Part shown: positions 29,045 through 43,460 of the stretch, in pieces
Layout of the letters: each line of letters starts with the position of its first letter
How positions within the stretch are numbered: the stretch's first letter is position 1
Assembly: GCA_951406725.2 (NCBI GenBank)
Contig: OX597820.1
Span: forward strand, 76,570,001-76,634,000
Length of the DNA stretch: 64,000 nt
Source: Octopus vulgaris
Taxonomy: Eukaryota
Direction of reading: 5' to 3'
Position numbers and translations under genes: made by a program
The notes under the pieces: generated by a model
Seen by the model: only the letters and a program-made list of their open reading frames with translations
Told to the model about the DNA's origin: nothing
Databases searched by the model: none

Positions 29045-29580
29045 ATGCGAGCAGGCACACACACACACACTCGTATATTTTGTATGTATGTATATATATA
29101 TATACATACATACAAAATTTCGTAAAGTTAACTGATCTTTCAACCTTTATGAAACGTATATGTGTTTCAGTAAATCGTCTGGTAATATTATATAATCCTT
29201 CGGCTAAATTGCATAATCTCATCGCGTCACCTCGTTAATGTTTTCAGCAAAAAATAAGAAATTCTATTTTACTCAGTATATATACATATATTGACAAAAT
29301 GTTGATTACGCACAACTTCAGTGGTGTGTCGGGATATGGAGGAGGAGTGCTATGTTGTACGTCTGTGTCCATGCATCCGACTAACCCTCCTGCTAAAAGT
29401 GCTAGCTTTGTTACACTGTTGCATAATAGCTTTGTACAAAAAATTCGAGATAATTACAATCGTCGATTTTCTCGTCGTTTTTGCTTGTATTTTTTCCTTC
29501 TTTCTTCTCTATATCGCCTATGTAAAGGGAGAGAGATATGTGTGTGAGTGTGTGTGTGTATACATACATATATATATGCG

Positions 29581-29611
<31 letters not shown>

Positions 29612-29811
29612 TTATAGCTGAGGTTGTGCACATGGGCATATAGAGATTCGCCTATAAATGAGAGCGTGTGGTCTCCATCGTCCTTGTGTTCATATTCTCT
29701 ATCTTTTACTTACTATATACCACTGCTAGACACTCTGTCACCCTCTTCTTGTACAACATTGATAGTGTAGATAACTTGTACAACGAGTATATACATATGC
29801 ATATTATATAT

Positions 29812-29963
29812 GCTGTGTGGTAAGTAGCTTGCTAACCAACCACATGGTTCCGGGTTCAGTCCACTGCGTGGCATCTTGGGCAAGTGTCTTCTGCTATAGC
29901 CCTGGGCCGACCAATGCCTTGTGAGTGGATTTGGTAGACGGAAACTGAAAGAAGCCTGTCGTA

Positions 29964-30034
<71 letters not shown>

Positions 30035-30248
30035 TTGTGTGTCTGTGTTTGTCCCCCTAGCATTGCCTGCCAACGATGCTGGTGTGTTTACGTCACCGTC
30101 ACTTAGCGGTTCGGCAAAAGAGACCGATAGAATAAGTACTGGGCTTACAAAGAATAAGTCCCGGGGTCGGTTTGCTCGACTGAAGGCGGTGCTCCAGCAT
30201 GGCCGCAGTCAAATGACTGAAACAAGTAAAAGAGTAAAGAGTAAAGAG

Positions 30249-30250
<2 letters not shown>
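29812..30250 (+). mobile_element. SINE family B copy, close to consensus
   Basis: gctgtgtggtaagtagcttgc...ccgggttcagtcc...cttgggcaagtgtc...(TA)n(TG)n...ccagcatggccgcagtcaaatgactgaaacaag. Other copies at about 26830-27125(-), 34780-35050(-), 37100-37390(-), 38570-38685(-) and 44775-45025(-). Confidence 0.88.
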
Positions 30251-30303
<53 letters not shown>

Positions 30304-30333
30304 TAGATAATATATCAAATAACTCTGCATATG

Positions 30334-30364
<31 letters not shown>

Positions 30365-30380
30365 TATATATATATGTATA

Positions 30381-30447
<67 letters not shown>

Positions 30448-30448
30448 G

Positions 30449-30480
<32 letters not shown>

Positions 30481-31545
30481 TACACACATATATTCATATA
30501 TTGTTATATTGTTATTTTTCAGGGTGGTCATTTTCTTCTTGACCAATAAGCGTATTTTAGTTCTTCACTTGTTTATTATTGTTCTCCTTTTTATGTCCAT
30601 TGTCCGGAAATCTTTCTGACATCGTCTGCGACTTTCAATCCTACGTGTCTCCTGTTTTGTTTAGACCATACTGTCTTTAAATGGTATATATCTTTATTAG
30701 CACGTGTTTCCACCTATATCTGTGTTTGTGCGCGCCTATGTGTGCATGCGTGTATTCTTATATGGGGTTTATGTACGATACTGTTTGTATGTGTCTTGTT
30801 TGTGTTTATGACATTCAGGTTTTAGTCGTCCTATTGCTTAGTGTGGTAGTGGTGGGTGTTTTTAATCCATCCGTTTTTGCTGATGAAGCTCGTTCTGTCT
30901 GTTACTATTTAGATGGTCTCTGTAATCTAAGGGTCGGGTCTGTTCTCAGCGTTGATAATAACTTAACACCTAAGTAATTAAGCGAGCTAGTATGTTCTAA
31001 GTGAGCATGACAATAGAGAAGTCACGAGATTTTCTCCTGTTTTTAGCTCCCACCAATGCACACCCATCCGTTCTCCTATGATACGCGACGTCTCACCATT
31101 GTGAGCTTTCTTGTCCCTCAGTACACAGTGTACGCAACACACACACACACACGCACATCAGTGTGTATTTGTGTACGTACTTGCATAGATATGTAAGCTC
31201 AAACACACCTAGATTGAAAGGCTTTTACCCTGCTTTTGACTGTCCGATTACTCACAGATGTATTTGACATTAGGAATCATTGTTTTACAGTGTCGTATAT
31301 ACAGAAGCACACACACTCACACGGGGGCGCACACTCGTATACACACACATATGTATTAATGTTTGTTTTTATGTTATAATAAGACCAATTTCACATTACT
31401 GTAAAGTTTAACTCAATACATTGGGTAGAGTACTAATTTATTGTTTGAAAAGTATTGTCAATGATTTCGAAGTTTCGGTCAGCTAAAACATCATGCGATA
31501 CACACACACACAAAGATATGTACAAATGACGCATATAGACACATA

Positions 31546-31629
<84 letters not shown>

Positions 31630-31632
<3 letters not shown>

Positions 31633-32136
31633 AAGAAAAATAAGTTGGCTAGCAGCGAGCTGTTTCGCCTCATACCGAAGGAATTAGAAATGGCAGTCAA
31701 AGACCGTTTTTTCCATTTCTATAAGTGGAGATTCCAAAAACGAAGACCCTTGCGGCTCACATACACAAAACCGGAGTGGCAAATATACGAATTCAGTCAC
31801 TTACCGTTAATAGCGAACACGGTGTTTCTGGATCACAAACATAAAAAAAGGGGAGTTTGAATTCCTTCTTCAGCGCTATATTCGTTAGCTTTATCAAATG
31901 CCACCAGCCCTCACTTCTGACCCAGCGACATCAGATAGTGGGGGAAGTGCGCAGATGCTAAAACCAAGTAACGACTGGGAACGTAAATTTTTCCCTCCAA
32001 AATTCTGCCATGCGCGCCTTCTTCGTTTTTGGAATCTCCACTTATAGAAATGGAAAAAACGGTCTTTGACTGCCATTTCTAATTCCTTCGGTATGAGGCG
32101 AAACAGCTCGCTGCTAGCCAACTTATTTTTCTTTAC
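31630..32136. mobile_element. 507-bp non-autonomous element with perfect 117-bp terminal inverted repeats, inserted in (TA)n
   Basis: 31630-31746 is the exact reverse complement of 32020-32136. The same peptide ASSELFRLIPKELEMAVKDRFFHFYKWRFQKRR appears on both strands in the ORF track. Confidence 0.92.
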
Positions 32137-32279
32137 TATATACTGAACCTTACAAAGGTCTTGACAATTATTTTGTCGTATTTACATACCGAAATTTACC
32201 GGTAAATAATTGTTGGTTACATGAAAAACCACAGGAAAATTATTTACCATTTTTATTTGTATATATATATATATATATT

Positions 32280-32352
<73 letters not shown>

Positions 32353-33112
32353 AGGGCCTGCCTGCCTTGCTAGCGGGGATGTATTATTTGAGAGGCAGAA
32401 CAATGAAAGTGAAAGCATTGTGGTCAACAATATTCTTAGTATTGTCGATACAGTGAAAAAGTGACAACAGACATGAACACACAAATACGTTCATTACACA
32501 CTTAAAACTTATATTATAAAATTCGTTCTGTGTGTGAGTGTGAATATGTGTGAATATGTCTTTGTCTGTGTGTCCTCGTCTGTGTCCTCGTCTGCGATTT
32601 CCAATAAGTTTGATTGTATATTTTCATGAAGCACAATTATAGCAGATTAAATGTGCAAATATGTAGCAACGCTATTGTTTCCAAAACGCAATATTCTCCA
32701 GAATAGAAGGAAATAAGTATGTAATTCATATGTAATGTTGTATATTTCATAGAGACAAAGATATATTTATGTTTCTAATACAAAGGAAGATTGAAACGTC
32801 ATTTTTTTACATTATCTCTTTAGCAGTCGCTCTCCTTTTCCGTTGTCATAGTCATCGTGGCACTTTCTTTCTTTTCCACCTCCTCCTCCTCCTTCTTTTC
32901 CTCCCCCTCCTCCTCCTCCTCCTCATCATCATCATCATCAACAGCAACATCATCACCGTTTCCCTCTCAATCAATCCTTTTATCAGTCTATCTCTATATC
33001 TATTTTTCTATCTGTCTATCTGTCTGTCTACCTATCTATCTCCCTATCTATATATCTATCTGTCTGTCTGTCTATCTATGAAACCATCTATCTATATATC
33101 TATGTATCGATG

Positions 33113-33185
<73 letters not shown>

Positions 33186-33226
33186 GTCTCTCTCTGTCTG
33201 TATCTCTGTCTATCTCTCTGTCTATG

Positions 33227-33308
<82 letters not shown>

Positions 33309-33792
33309 ACTAACTAACTAACTAAATAACTATCTATCTATCTATATACATAAGTACATAATAAAATATATGAAATATATACATATACATGTATATAAGT
33401 GACTCAGCCTTTGATATATAAATATAGAAATACATGTGCAGCAACCCACTTACGCACGTAACGTGCGCACGCATGTGCACGATAACCTGTGTGCATATCT
33501 ATTCGTTACTTTGGCGACCACAGTATCATATCTCCATATTCTTTCCTTTAAAACATTTTATGTGTTCTTTTATGAGTCGTTTATTATTTCAAACACTAAT
33601 TTTACTCTCATTATATTTTCAAGTATTTTTGGTCTCCTGTTCTCAAAGGATTTTCCCCTCATTTTGTAGCCTTTGTATTAAGCAGCGTTGGCATATTTCA
33701 GCTATTTAAAATTTATATATAGTGTTAATTCCTGTTTTCTTTTTATGATGTAGTCACTGTTTATATGATATATTTTATATTATATCATATAC

Positions 33793-33867
<75 letters not shown>

Positions 33868-34117
33868 CACGCACACATTTATAATACCATATTGATACGA
33901 CTTATTAATGCTTGATTTTATGCTACAGCATAATACAACAATTTTAAATTACTTGTGTGCAGAATAACTTCATCCTTCATCATATACATGTATATATATA
34001 TATATATATATCTGTGTATACAAACATATATATATTTAAATGTATATTTATGTGTATATGTGTGTATATATATATATATAACTATAAATAAATATATATA
34101 TATATAACTATAAATAA

Positions 34118-34158
<41 letters not shown>

Positions 34159-35097
34159 TATACTTTTCATACATAACTTCAGAAATACATTTATATATAA
34201 AACGAGAAAGAAAGTAAAATGCTCAACTAGCTAGCTAGCTAGAATGTTAGATCGATCGATAGATAGATAGATAGATAGATAGAGGGAGGGAGGGAGGAAG
34301 AGAGAGAGGAGAGTGAGAGAGAGACACAGGCAACAGAGAGAGACAGAGAGAAAGAGAGAGTAATTCTGTTGTTAGCACTAGATACTTTGATATACACAGC
34401 GTCAAACAAATAAACCACTAACCTTAAAATAATAATATTGATAGTTTTACGAACATCATAGGCGAATTTTTAACACTGATATGAACACAGATGAAGGCGA
34501 TAAACAATTATATCTCAGAACATTGTAGAAACTCCTTCTTGCACTCTGCACGCACCTAATAACTCTAGATAACCCCACATAGATGGTTTCATATTATGGT
34601 ATATAATTATGATAAACTTTGTTCCTAAATCACTATATGATGTACTGTTTCATAAAATCATGCTAGCGATTAAGTTAATGGGCGTTAATCACAAATGTAC
34701 TAATTGCTTCACATCAATTCCTTTGAAAAGCAGAAAGTACGAGCAGAAGCATGGTCGTGTGGCGATATATATATATTCTTTATTTTTCACTTGTTTCAGG
34801 CATTTGACCGCTGCCATGCTGGAGCACTGCTTTTAGTCAAGCATTTCAGTCTCAGGATTTATTCTTCGTACCCTAGTACTAATTCTCTCGTATACACATA
34901 TACGAATGGCTTCTTTCAGTTTCCGTCAACCAAATCCATTCACAAGGCTTTGGTCAGCCCGAAGCTATAGTAGAAGACACTCGCACAAGATGCCACGCAG
35001 TGGGACTGAACCCGGAACCATGTGGTTGGGAAACAAGTTACTTACAACACAACTTTTCATACACCTCTAACACACACACACACATACACACACAACC

Positions 35098-35128
<31 letters not shown>

Positions 35129-36372
35129 CATACACATATTTATATGTGCATATGCATACACGCACACACACACAGAAAGACGTATACACACACACACACA
35201 TATATATATATGCGTGTGTGTATGTGTATACTACAACAATAAGAGGAAACTTAGAAATCATTGCCAATGTTTTCTTTGTGAATATACATATATATATATA
35301 TACATAAATATAACATTCCAATAGTTTCTGTCTACACGATCCCTTTCTTGATATATTGATTAAACCGAGAACATACCCTCGGAGTCATTCCGTGACATCG
35401 GATACTCACATGTTTACTGATAGACCTACTATCTCTTTCTGAATACAATATTGTTCTATGGTCTCATTGTGAGAGATTAAACCAGTAGCCGTAGCTGAAT
35501 AAATAGTTTGCAACTGTTTTATTATTTTCGCTGCAAATACTATTGGAATTTTGTTGGTGTCGTCATTTAGCCCTAGGTCATCCCTTGTCATTGAGACCCA
35601 TAATGGTAGGTGATAGATTTTTGAACACCACTGAAGGTGGGATACCTTGTTCCATACATTATTCTGTTGTATGAATTTAGTGTGTATTAGTAACAAATAC
35701 TAGCAGCATGATCGATCACCTATTGATTAATTTTATTTTTGGAGAAGGATAGACAGACTCAAGAAAATTCAGTATTTAATACTTATTACTAACTTTGAAA
35801 TATGGATTTCAAATTCTGGGAGGGGGTTAAATCGATTACATCAACCCTAATACTCAACTGGTACTTTATTTATCGACCCGGAAAAGCTGAAACGCAAAGT
35901 CGACCTCGGCAGAATTTGAACTCAGAACGTGAAGATAGAAGACAGCATTTTACTCGGCGTGTTAACGATTCTCCAATCTCACCGCGTTACTATCTTTGAA
36001 ATGTCGATTTGAAATCTTGACACAAAGTCAACAATTTTTGTGGGAAAAAGTAAGTTGCCTGCATCGAGGGGTACTTGTTTTATCGACCACCATATGACGG
36101 AAGGCAAAGTCTAATTTGCCGGAATATAACTTAGATATATTGTCATATATGTAATATATATATATATATATATATATATATCATCCATGCTGGAGCACCG
36201 CCTTAAAGAAATAGACGCCAGAACTTATTCTGGCATAGACTTATTCTATCAGTATTTTTATCTGAACCGCTACGTTACGGTGATATAAACACACCAGCAT
36301 TGGTTGTCAACAAACGATGACGGGGGACAAAAACACAAATATATCTATATATATACATACATATACATATAC

Positions 36373-36438
<66 letters not shown>

Positions 36439-36908
36439 ATATGCATGTATGTATGTATATATTTGTTTGTGTGTGCGTGTCTGTGTTTATTTACGTCCCC
36501 ATTATCTAGCTGTTCGTCAAAAGAGACCGATAGAATAAGTACTAAGCTTACAAAGAAGGAAGCCTTGGGGTAAATTTGTGTGTGTGTGTGTTATTTAAAA
36601 CAGTTTAATTTGGTTTCCGTGTTCTTCTTCAAGTTTGGCAATTCCCTTACTGAGTCCATCTTCAGGCTCTGGAAAGGCCGAATGAAGTAGTCCAGGAAGT
36701 CCAAAGTAGCTACCGGAAGATGGCCTGCTGTTGATCGAGTTAGGTCACACAATGTTGCAGTGGATAATATCGCTTGGTAAGCGACACCAGTTCCAACTGA
36801 AAAATGGTTACACGGAGAACTGGCAGCGTCAGTGTCTCTGGATCAGTTAAGCGGGTGTGCGTGATTAGTTTTTGAGCTTGTGCGCGTGCGTTTATACATG
36901 TGTGCACA

Positions 36909-37024
<116 letters not shown>

Positions 37025-37060
37025 CATATATATATACATATATATATATATTTATATATA

Positions 37061-37104
<44 letters not shown>

Positions 37105-37845
37105 TTTTATTTGTTTCAGTCATCTGCCTGCGACCATTAATTCTATCGCTTTTTTTGCCAAACATTTACGTTATGGGCATGTTAACACACCAACACCGGT
37201 TCCCAAGCAGAATCACACACACACACACACATATACAACGGGCTTCTTTCAGTTTCCGACTAGTAAATCCACTCACAGGGCACTGGTCGGCATGAGGCTA
37301 TAAATAAGAAGCCGCTTGCTCAAGCAGTGGGATTGAATCCGGAGCTATGCTGTGGGAAGCAAATTTCTTACCACACAGCCACGCTGGTGCTTATTGTTGT
37401 GTGTGTATGAATCTATCTATGTGTGTGTGCGAGTGTGCGCGGATATGTGCGAGAGTGTTTGTGCGTGTATGTATACATTTGAGTATGTGTGTTTCCGCGT
37501 GTGTATACGTGTGTATATGTGCACATTTATGTGTATGTGGCCCTGCGCATTGAGGTTCGTAACGCTATCACTAAATACAGTGAGTGCAGGGAAGCAGCTG
37601 ATGCTAAGGTGGTATGTCAAAATTTTCATCGCCCAATGGTTTGAATCTCACCAGAACTGCATACCTATGGTGACAGCAATAGGACAGTTCGTTTTTCTTG
37701 TTGAAGGATACTGCAGGTTGAGAACGTAGGTGCAGTCATTCGTAGAGGCAGAATTGGCAGTTACGGGGACCGGTTGAATAATCGGCGATCTGTCGACGAT
37801 AGTCCATTACACATGTGTGTATGTATGTATGTATGTATGTATTTA

Positions 37846-37982
<137 letters not shown>

Positions 37983-38134
37983 GAAATGAAGAAAATGCTG
38001 ACAAAATAATTTAAGTAAGAGAGAGTGTATTTAATTAGGTGAAAGTTCTTTACCGGTTGCGCATTTGTTATACTTATCAAAAGATATTTTTTTAAGAGAG
38101 ATAGAATTTCTTTCTGATAGATTTTTTTCTCTTA

Positions 38135-38219
<85 letters not shown>

Positions 38220-39257
38220 CACACATATATATATATGTGTGTGTATATGTCTGTGTGTACACACACATATGTATATACAATTTTTTCATGTTATAATAAG
38301 AAATATTTTACGTCAAATCGTAGGAATACTCAATACATTTTGTAGAGCACGTATTTATTCTTTAACGAGAATAGGTTTGACTGTGACTTCGAAGTTTCGA
38401 CCACCGACGCCATCACCGAACGATCCACAATCGTTACAATTCTTGTCAAAGAAGTATATATGTGTGTGTGTTTGGGTACGTGCATATGTACGACTATATG
38501 AATGCTTGGTTCTTGTCTGTTACAACCGTCACTTGTCAAACGATGTCTGCTTGTTTATTCTTTTATTCTTTTACTTGTTTCATTCATTTGACTGCGGCCA
38601 TGCTGGAGCACCGCCTTTAGTCGAGCAAATCGACCCCGGTACTTATTCTTTGTAAGCCCAGTACTTATTCTATCGGTCGCTTTTGGAAACATAGTGGCTC
38701 ATCGAATTGAATAAATATCAGACTGTCCAATAACTTAAACAAGTAAAAGAAAACATAATTGACTAAGACAAAATTTGAACTGCGAACCTGAAAAACTGTA
38801 TTGCTAGAACGCATTAATTTTCACTGACGATCTCAATAATTTTCCAATCGAGGGCCTTCCAATATCTTTGGAGAACCAAGCGCCTGATAGTTATTTTATA
38901 GTTGTAACAGCTGCATAGTTTAAGTCGAATGCAAAATATATGCATCTTCTAAGATGCCGAGCGGGCTTTAACATTCACTGCTTTCAGTTCTATAACATTT
39001 GATGTTGAAGATTTAATTATTAAATCGCCTCAAGTAACAGCAGCTTTCTCAAGGGTTCCGCTGTCAAGTTTCAACAGCTGTGAAGTGTGGGGCATCGATA
39101 ATTTAAGAGTTCAAAATGAGGCGTCCTAATCCCAAATGCACACTGTTAACGTGTAAATATTTCTTCGTATTTTATTTCCTCTTTTGTGTACGAGCATTAA
39201 ATGTAAGAATGTAAGTTTGTGTATTCGTGTATGTGTGTGTGTGTGTGTGTGTGCGTG

Positions 39258-39361
<104 letters not shown>

Positions 39362-39414
39362 CGCAGGCGTAATTGCGTGGTAAGAAATTTGCTTCCCAAA
39401 CACAATATGTAAAG

Positions 39415-39702
39415 ACAGAGCGCCGCTGATCTCGTAACGAGCAAAATAGCTACTTCTAAATCTCTAAACGAGATATAAGTAATAACAATACCAGACGGTA
39501 ACGTCTTTTGCCACTTCATCATGGCTGTTCCATAAAGAACTATGTTGCTACAATTTTAACCGCAGGAAAACGTCTTTTCCAGCTGCTATATATATTATGC
39601 TTAGGGACGATTGACTGCTATATCTAGCACTGTTACTACTTATATCTCGTTTAGAGATTTTAGAACTAGTTATATTGCTCGTTAGGAGATCAACCGCTCT
39701 CT
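39415..39702. repeat. Diverged inverted repeat (about 85-90-bp arms) around a segment shared with 50660-51100
   Basis: gatctcgtaacgagcaaaatagctacttctaaatctctaaacgagatataagta pairs with tacttatatctcgtttagagattttagaactagttatattgctcgttaggagatc. Confidence 0.8.
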
Positions 39703-39965
39703 GCGGCTTCATTCTTTATATATTGTGAATAAGGACGATTGATTGCAATCTCTAGCAAGCAGGTATCTAGTACGATGAGGAGTAAAAACCCAGAAACCAT
39801 GGTCTACTACTCTTGCCAAGCTGAAGAGCAGTGATTCGCTAACTTTCTCACAATATATCAGACACTGGTTGTTAACCAGCTGGAACAGACGTTTCCCTGA
39901 GGGTAAAATGTAGTAACATAGTTCTTTATAGAACAGCCATGATTTTGTGGCTCAAAAAATATATT

Positions 39966-39997
<32 letters not shown>

Positions 39998-40519
39998 AAT
40001 GTGTGTGTGTGTGGTAAGGTTTAATATAGTTAGCAGTTGGAATAACCATCTAAGGGATAAGAATACCCGTTTTACTACCTGTATCAATTACGTATGTTAA
40101 CCCTGGGCATACATATCCAAGCTTATTATGCTTATAGGATACATGCAATAACAAAGATAAACAAGAGTTTATCAGAAATCAAATTCGAATTAAGTAGAAA
40201 ATGCAAAAGTTTTGATCAATAACAATTGACAACCATCGATTATTATTTTTTAATACAAAACTTTATCCCATCTCACAGTTGTTTCTACTTCCAATGTCCT
40301 GCAATGTTGCCAAAGAAAATTCTGAAAATAATATTCGTCATATTTTGTAACACATCCGATCTGGAACACGGAGCTTCATCAGAGTGAAGGAAAATAGATA
40401 AAATAAAAGAAAAGAAGAGCCTCGAGAGGAGGAATGAAGGCTTAAAATATTTGAATCCTACCATATGTGTGTCTATGTACGGGGTAGGGTTGAAAATACT
40501 TGGCTTTAAGAGTATCACG

Positions 40520-40695
40520 AAAGGTCTGGCTGGAGGTCTACAATCCTGAGTTCTTTTACACGGCTTAGAAAAACTGAAGGACTACTGCAATAAATGTGTG
40601 AATCTGAGTGGGGAATAAGTTGAATAAAATCATAAGTAACTGGACCGCCAGTATTTTCTTTCACCCAACCCTTGGAACATTTTCAGCACCCCGTC
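40520..40695 (+). mobile_element. Mariner 3'-end fragment
   Basis: Degenerate C-terminal peptide (KCVNLSGE*VE*) followed by a TIR-like end ggaacattttcagcacccc. Confidence 0.55.
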
Positions 40696-40746
40696 TTCTG
40701 TATACAGATGCGTACATACATAGATACACAAATACATACATATATG

Positions 40747-40998
40747 TTGGGTTGGTGCATAATTATTGCGCCTTTCTTTCAACTAATTTTATTCAACAAA
40801 AACAATAACAACATGTAACGAAAACCTTTTAAGATGATTATTCCGGAGCATATTCACCATCAACTTCAATTACTGCTTCCCATTTGCTTGGCGGACAGTC
40901 AGACCGTCATTTAAAAAATGTTTTTGTTAAGTATTGTTTTTGTCTTTGTTGTATAAAATTTGCTGAAAAAAAGCCGCAATAATTATGCACCAACCCAA
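40747..40998 (-). mobile_element. Mariner-derived MITE (about 250 bp)
   Basis: TIR TTGGGTTGGTGCATAATTATTGCG at both ends. Internal minus-strand remnant PSKWEAVIEVDGEYAPE* of a transposase C-terminus. Confidence 0.88.
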
Positions 40999-41349
40999 AA
41001 CTTATGTGTGTGCTTGCGTGAATGACGTTTTGCCTGTGTGTGCGTGTACACACGCGCAAAGAAATTGTTGAACCATAGATTTACGTCTCAAATATTGACC
41101 TGAATATGGTTGTTAGAAGCTCTGCGTTTCATATAATAAAGTGCTGCATAAACTTATGGATGTTGTATTCCATACATAAATCCTAATGAAACATTATAGC
41201 GAGACCATATAATCCACGCATCTGTCTTATCTCCCTAACTCACAATAGAATAGATATCGTAACGTAATTAGTTAAGGGAGCCAGTTCTACGATCACGTTT
41301 ATTTATTTTGCCGTTATTTACATTCGTAATCTATATATTCGCACACAGA

Positions 41350-41396
<47 letters not shown>

Positions 41397-41501
41397 CATA
41401 CATGTACGTACATATATATGTATGGGAGTTTGTGTGTGTTTGTGAGAGCATATATGTAAATATAGATACATACACATATATACACTCTAACACAAACACA
41501 C

Positions 41502-41554
<53 letters not shown>

Positions 41555-42095
41555 TAAGTAGTTGAATGAATTATCCTAGTATGGGTAATTCGGTTAACCG
41601 ATATCTGGGTAGCAAATTCACGTCAGAAAAACACGGTTGAAGCTACATGCCAAGGGCAGAGGAATTTTGTTAAATCGCCGTTCAACTCCATTCTTTCATT
41701 TATTTGTATTATATACATATATACATACAGAAATATATTAATATATAATTTTCTTTTTAGATACTTCTCTTTATATGTATACTTTTATTGAAATTTAGCA
41801 GAAACAACAAAGTGTCTCAAGGTCAGAGGTTTTCGCACGTTAGCAGAAATCAAGCTGGTTACAAGTCGAAGGCTCTTGGGTTTATACAGCTGTTGATAAT
41901 TACATTTTCCTCAGGAATGTTCTAGATTGAATTTGAAATCATAACGTTGTCATGTGGAAAATTCATAACCTGGTAAGTGAAAACGCACGACACTCTCGGG
42001 CGTTGAGTCACTTTCTTGCTTCTGCTAAATTTGCGATATACATACACATATATATGTATACATGTATGTATGTGTGTAAGATATATATGTGTATG

Positions 42096-42180
<85 letters not shown>

Positions 42181-42220
42181 GTGTGTGTTAATATATATAT
42201 ATGTATATATGGTATGTATG

Positions 42221-42261
<41 letters not shown>

Positions 42262-42894
42262 CCTACTCACTTAGCCAGCGGGGTGGCATCATTTGAAGGC
42301 TAAAACAATGCGAAGCGCATTGTGACCAGCAATGTGTAGCAACATCTGATAGCCTGGTCCATCACAGTGATCACGGTGATATATATATATATATATAACA
42401 GAGAAAAAGGCAAGAAAAAACAAAACGTGAGGACGTGATACATGCAAAATATTAATACAGCGCTCAGAGAAGGAAAGCAAGGCTCTTTTGCGTTTCGAGT
42501 AAAGCTCTTCATCAGAAACAGAAGACAAAGGAATGGTCAAGCGAAAAGAAGACGTAGGAAATAAATCGCTAACAGTCCACCTGTGGTTAAAGTTTCACTA
42601 CACATGTGTGTGTCTGTGTGTGTGTGTGTATCTATTCACACAGTCACATACATACACACACGTATATATGCATGAATGTACGTATGGAAATATTTATAAC
42701 ATGAGAAGTCAAAGTGAACACGTTCATATTAAGACAATAAAATAAATTCGTGGAAACATTCTGTTTATTTATATACTAGGTACATTGCCAGCTCGAAAGA
42801 CGAAACTAATCAAATATTTACAATTAAACATTGCAACACATGACAAGGCAATATATATTAGGAAGAGAATTTAGCTGATTCTTCTTAAACTTAC

Positions 42895-42952
42895 TTGTAG
42901 TATTCTTCACTTGGTGTCTTCAGGCTAGATGTATACAACGTTGATACATTTC
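42895..42952 (-). CDS. SLC6 family transporter, short internal exon in extracellular loop 2 (58 nt, phase 1 to 2); not in the ORF track
   Basis: Acceptor tttgtctacattgcAG and donor GTAAGT. Translates (R)NVSTLYTSSLKTPSEEYY(K), with an NVS glycosylation sequon and the conserved (S/T)PxEE(Y/F) motif. Its phases bridge the two flanking exons exactly. Confidence 0.92.
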
Positions 42953-43040
42953 CTGCAATGTAGACAAAAACATATATAACAATCATTTACATATATATAT
43001 CTATATAATTATATATACACAAATATACATAGGCGCAGTG

Positions 43041-43460
43041 TAGGCGCAGGAGTGACTGTGTTGTAAGTAGCTTGTTTCCCAATCACATGGTTCCGGGTTC
43101 AGTCCTACTGCGTGGCACCTTGGGCAAGTGTCTTCTACGATAGCCTCGGCCGACCAAAGCCTTGTGAGTGGATTTGGTGGACGGAAACTGAAAGAAGCCC
43201 GTCGTATATATGTATATGTATATTGTGTATGTGTGTTTGTGTGTGTGTGTTTGTGAGTGTGTCTGTGTTTGTCCCCCCAACATCGCTTGACAACCGATGC
43301 TGGTGTGTTTACATCCCTCATAACCTAGTGGTTCGGCAAAAATTGATCGATAAAATAAGTACTAGGAACACAAAGAATCAGTCCTGGGGGTCGATTTGCT
43401 CGACTAAAGGCGGTGCTCTAGCATGGCTGCAATCAAATGACTAAAACAAGAAAAAGAGTA
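43041..43460 (+). mobile_element. SINE family B copy about 90 bp upstream of the 58-nt exon acceptor (antisense to the gene)
   Basis: Full head and tail of family B. Confidence 0.88.

Noticed and set aside
36610-36670. Minus-strand CUGAAGAUG...GGAAAC as a hammerhead
   Set aside because: Stems I and II could not be paired convincingly.
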